Positions 59,586-64,000 of a DNA stretch of 64,000 nt are shown piece by piece. The notes under the pieces are model-generated. The model did no database searches, was not told the DNA's origin, and worked only from the letters and a program-made list of their open reading frames with translations. The DNA is taken from positions 11,569,751 to 11,633,750 of the forward strand of contig NC_043026.1 of assembly GCF_006345805.1 (NCBI RefSeq), in the 5' to 3' direction. The stretch is from Octopus sinensis (lineage: Eukaryota). The first letter of the stretch is position 1, and every line of letters starts with the position of its first letter. A program made the position numbers and the translations under genes.

Positions 59586-61148
59586 ATGGAGGAAAACCAT
59601 CGTGTGACTTTAATATCTGAAAAGTCATTCTCCCAGAAAGGTAACCAGTTTAAACACAAGCGTATTCATACAGGGAAGAAACAATATTGCTGTGATATCT
59701 GTGGGAAATCATTCTATCGAAATGATCACTTAACAGACCACCAGCGTGTACATACAGGAGAGAAGCCATATGGATGTGATATCTGTGGCAACTCATTCTC
59801 TCAGAATGGATACCTAACTAAACACAAACGTACTCATACAGGAGAGAAGCCATATCCCTGTGATATCTGTGGCAAATCATTCTCTCAGAATGGATACCTA
59901 ACTACACACAAACGTACTCATACAGGAGAGAAGCCATATCACTGTGATATCTGTGGTAAATCATATTCTATACGTAGTAACTTAATAGCTCACCAGCATA
60001 TACACACTGGAGATAGACCATATCACTGTGATGTTTGTGGTAAGTCATTCTCTAATGGTAGTGCTTTGAATTCTCACAAGCGAATTCATACAGGAGAGAA
60101 GCCATATCACTGTGATATCTGTGGTAAATCTTTCACTCAGACTTCTGCTCGAACTGCACACAAACGTATTCATACAGGAGAGAAACCATATCATTGTGGA
60201 ATTTGTGGTAAATCTTTCACACAAAATGCTTTCTTAACTTCTCACAAACGTACTCATACAGGAGAGAAGCCATATCAGTGTGATATCTGTGGCAAATCAT
60301 TCTCTGCCAGTAGTGTGTTAACAGCTCACCAACGTATTCATACAGGAGAGAAGCCATATCACTGTGATATTTGTGGTAAATCATTCTCTGAAAACAGTGC
60401 TCTGAATTCTCACCAACGTACTCATACAGGGGAGAAACCATATTGCTGTGATATCTGTGGTAAATCATTCGCTCAAAGCAATGTCTTAACTAAACACAAA
60501 CGAATACATACAGGCGAAAAGCCATATCACTGTAATATCTGTGGTAAATCATTTACTGGAAGTAGTCACTTAAAGATACACCACCGCATTCATACAGGAG
60601 AGAAACCATATAAGTGTGGCATTTGTGGTAAATCTTTCACCAGAAATTCATCCTTAATTTCTCACAAACATACTCATACAGGAGAGAAGCCATATCAGTG
60701 TAATATCTGTGGCAAATCATTCTCTGCCAATGGTGGGTTAACATCTCACCAACGTATTCATACAGGAGAGAAGCCATATCCCTGTGGTATCTGTGGTAAA
60801 TCATTCTCTGAAAGCGGTGCTTTGAATTCTCACCAACGTACTCATACAGGGGAGAAGCCGTATTGCTGTAATATCTGTGGTAAATCATTCTCTCAAAATA
60901 ATGTCTTAACTAGACACAAGCGTATTCATACAGGAGAGAAGCCATATCACTGTGATATCTGTGGTAAATCATTTACTGGAAGTAGCCACTTAAGGATACA
61001 CCACCGTATTCATACGGGAGAGAATCCACATCAGTGTGACATTTGTGGTAAATCTTATACCAGAAATAATACCTTAACTGCTCACAAACTGATTCATACA
61101 GGAGATAAGCCATATCAGTGTGATATCAGTAGTAAATCATTCTCTTAA
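59586..61148 (+). CDS. ZNF-9: C2H2 zinc-finger protein, about 520 aa, 17 complete fingers; first finger decayed
   Basis: The listed ORF starts at TTG 59532; first in-frame ATG at 59586. It is divergent (head-to-head) with ZNF-8. In-frame degenerate fingers continue past the TAA to about 61330. Confidence 0.85.
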   Translation: MEENHRVTLISEKSFSQKGNQFKHKRIHTGKKQYCCDICGKSFYRNDHLTDHQRVHTGEKPYGCDICGNSFSQNGYLTKHKRTHTGEKPYPCDICGKSFSQNGYLTTHKRTHTGEKPYHCDICGKSYSIRSNLIAHQHIHTGDRPYHCDVCGKSFSNGSALNSHKRIHTGEKPYHCDICGKSFTQTSARTAHKRIHTGEKPYHCGICGKSFTQNAFLTSHKRTHTGEKPYQCDICGKSFSASSVLTAHQRIHTGEKPYHCDICGKSFSENSALNSHQRTHTGEKPYCCDICGKSFAQSNVLTKHKRIHTGEKPYHCNICGKSFTGSSHLKIHHRIHTGEKPYKCGICGKSFTRNSSLISHKHTHTGEKPYQCNICGKSFSANGGLTSHQRIHTGEKPYPCGICGKSFSESGALNSHQRTHTGEKPYCCNICGKSFSQNNVLTRHKRIHTGEKPYHCDICGKSFTGSSHLRIHHRIHTGENPHQCDICGKSYTRNNTLTAHKLIHTGDKPYQCDISSKSFS

Positions 61149-62094
61149 ACTGAATGCTTAACTGCACACATGCGTTTACATACAGGAGAGAAACCTTATC
61201 ACTGTGATTTCTGTGGTAAATCATTCTGTTGAAGTAATGCCTTAAAAATACATAAGCGTATTCATTCAGGAGAGAGGTCATACAATTTTCATAACTGTAG
61301 TAAATCATTTTCTCAAAATATTCACTTAACTAGGTGCAAGTTTAGGTCCCACCCTGCCACCCATATCAACTACCTACATCTTGTACTAATTAAGCCATTT
61401 CTCCTTAATATATCCAACTAACCCCTTTTACAAATGCCAGGTACTTCATTCATGAACTTCTTTGAGAACATAGCACACAGCCAGTTCCAGCAACAACACC
61501 AACAGCAGCTCACAACTTCGTCCAGCAGTATTCAGGACCTCCATCACCGTCACCAACAACATCTCTATGTACACAGCAACAATCACTCAGGTTTAACTTC
61601 TCACTGTTTGTGAATTACTTCACCATGGTTAACAGTAAGCTCAACCTGCGAGAACCTTCAGTCCCAAGTAACCCGGCAGCAGCATGGTAGCCACCACTTT
61701 TTCGTACAACATGTACCACAAGCTCTGCTATTTTGCCTCAACTTCTTGTTACAGAACTTCAGTTGGTTTGTACTTTACTACAAACTGGTATTTATCTTCA
61801 TTGTGTCTGAACTTCTAGCGTCCTGTTATAGACTCTTTCAATGCTCTGTATTTTATCTCACACACATATACCCTTGTTTGTACACACATGCACATTATGT
61901 ATGCATGACGGCCTGTCCATTGTTATTATTTATGTACTTATGTCGTACACACGGACACACTCTGCTAACACCTAAATAAAACCTTTCTCTGTAACATTCT
62001 ACGGTTGTGTTGTCTTTCTTTTCGTTTCTGACACTCATCCTCATTTATCCATTTTTGTAAGCGATCGTGCATTGTATTAAAGGAGTCATTCATT

Positions 62095-62337
62095 CATCAC
62101 CTTTCCTTTCACACAGTTGTTCTATATATATATCTATATATATATATATATATATATATAATATGTATATTATGTATATATATGTATATGTATATTTATG
62201 TAAATATATGTATATATATGTATATATATATGTATAAATATGTATATACATATGTATATGTATATATACATATGTATATATATGTATGTATATATATATA
62301 TATGCATATATATATTTATATATATATGTATATAACT
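62095..62337. repeat. TA/TG-rich microsatellite-like low-complexity tract
   Basis: Imperfect (TA)n/(TATG)n. Confidence 0.9.
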
Positions 62338-62339
62338 TA

Positions 62340-63255
62340 GAAAGGTTTTGGCCAGTATTGGCCCAGGCCATGTCTAACTTAATAGCACCACCTGGCGAAG
62401 TGTTTCAATTCAGGATTTGGGCACCGAGGCCCATTCGAGCAGAGAGTTATTGTTTGCGGAAATATATCCGGGTGTAGGTGGTTTGTCCGGGACTGTTTGA
62501 AGGAATTTGTCCAAAGAATTCTTGAATTTTGTGTGGTCCGTTTCTGTTTTGTCGTTTTCTGGTGTAATGTTGAAGAGAGCGGGTCCATTGAGGTGAATAA
62601 TTGTGCCGTATTGTCGTTATGTGATGCGATTTAGATTTGTGTGTGGAGGGCACGTGGCCCAAGCCTTGGATGTATTTTGAAGGTGATGCCAACATCATTC
62701 GGACAGTGCTGATGGAATATTTTCCACATCATACAGATAATGTAGCGTTCACGGCGTCGTTGGAGTGAATACAGTTTCAGCTTCTCTATTCTACCCCAGT
62801 AGTCAAGGTCTGACATGCAATCCATCTTTGTGATTGACCTTTGGGAGCTTCAATTCTCATAATATATTTTGTTTGTGTAGGGAGACCACAGTGGACAGCA
62901 GTATTCAAGGTGGGTCGGGCAAAAAAGTGAAGAAGAGAAGGATAATAGTGTGGGAATCTCTCGACTGGACGGTTCTGAGAATCCTGGAACACATTCTGTG
63001 GGCCATGTCAACTTTGCTGCTTATATGTGTAGCCCAGCTTATGTTGTTGCCCACTGTTACTCCCAAGTCTCTGATGTTGTTGGACGCCATGAGAATTTCT
63101 CCAGAAAGAAGGGAGTATGGGAGTTTCAGAGCATCCTCCCTTCCAAAGTGGATCAGTTCGAATTTGTCCTCGTTTAGCAACATGTTGTTCTTTTCCGCCC
63201 ATTGGACAACAGCCAGTAGGTCTGACTGAAGGCTTATTCGGTCATCCATGAATGT
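62340..63255 (-). mobile_element. CR1/L2-group LINE 3' fragment, degenerate
   Basis: LQSDLLAVVQWAEKNNMLLNEDKFELIHF...IRDLGV...LKLYSLQRRRERYII (post-YADD region and C-terminal motif), with frameshifts. Confidence 0.8.
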
Positions 63256-63340
63256 ATATAGTGTATATATATATATATGTATGTATGTATATATATATAT
63301 GTAATGTATGTATGTATATTATATATGTATATATAATATG

Positions 63341-63372
<32 letters not shown>

Positions 63373-63534
63373 TATATATATATGTATATATATATGTATG
63401 TATGTATATATATATATGTATCTATATATATGGATATATATATATATATATAGATATCTATGTATATATATATGTATATATATGTATGTATATATATATA
63501 GATATATATGTATGTATATATATATATTGTAGGT

Positions 63535-63585
<51 letters not shown>

Positions 63586-63627
63586 TATGTATGTATTATA
63601 TGTATGTATATATATGTTGTATATATA

Positions 63628-63660
<33 letters not shown>

Positions 63661-63828
63661 TATGTATTTATAATATGTATGTATTATATATATGTATGTA
63701 TATATATGTAGTATATATATATATATATTATATATATTGTATGTATATATATACTATATATAATATATATATATATATGTTGTATATATATAATGTAATA
63801 TATATGTATGTATATATATATATGTAGG
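63256..63828. repeat. TA-rich microsatellite-like tract
   Basis: Imperfect (TA)n/(TATG)n over about 570 bp. Confidence 0.95.
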
Positions 63829-63829
63829 T

Positions 63830-64000
63830 ATCATCATCATCATCATCATCATTTTAGCGTCGTTTCCATGCTAGCATGGGTTGGACGGTTCAAATGGGTC
63901 TGGGGAGCCCGAAGGCTGCACCAGGCCAGTCAGATCTGCAGTGTGTTTCTACAGCTGGATGCCCTTCCTAACGCAACCACTCCGAGAGTGTAGTGGGTGA
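63830..64000 (-). mobile_element. SINE-like family C, cut by the window edge
   Basis: (CAT)n tail and GGATGCCCTTCCTAACGCAACC core. Confidence 0.8.

Noticed and set aside
63252-63993. Long Tyr/Ile/Met/Val ORFs (also 62090, 53469, 58777)
   Set aside because: They are translations of TA/TG microsatellites.

Overview
Eukaryotic, AT-rich, repeat-dense DNA. The tandem C2H2 zinc-finger (ZNF) cluster and the SINE families point to a coleoid cephalopod, most likely Octopus (inference; no database search was possible). The window holds nine ZNF loci: one partial gene at the left edge, six apparently intact single-coding-exon genes (9-18 fingers, no KRAB/SCAN/BTB-type domain visible), one gene split by a 1-nt frameshift, and one chimeric finger cassette. 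I number them ZNF-1 to ZNF-9 from left to right. Between them lie at least five SINE-like families (labelled A-E here), CR1/L2-group and RTE LINE fragments, Tc1/mariner relics, piggyBac-like and Merlin-like MITEs, Helentron-like non-autonomous elements and TA microsatellites. The most notable structures are: (1) a 2.2-kb cassette of shuffled zinc fingers joined to a head-to-tail rolling-circle-type element pair inside the inferred first intron of ZNF-3; (2) a minimal hammerhead-ribozyme-like motif in a Penelope-like inverted repeat, where one inversion breakpoint matches the predicted cleavage site; (3) SINE concatemers with a fixed junction that matches the SINE's own target-site preference; (4) a family-wide start-codon/uORF arrangement and recurrent stop codons in the TGEKP linker; (5) a LINE/SINE 3' stem-loop with compensatory base changes. 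Coordinates of repeats were read by eye and may be off by a few bases.
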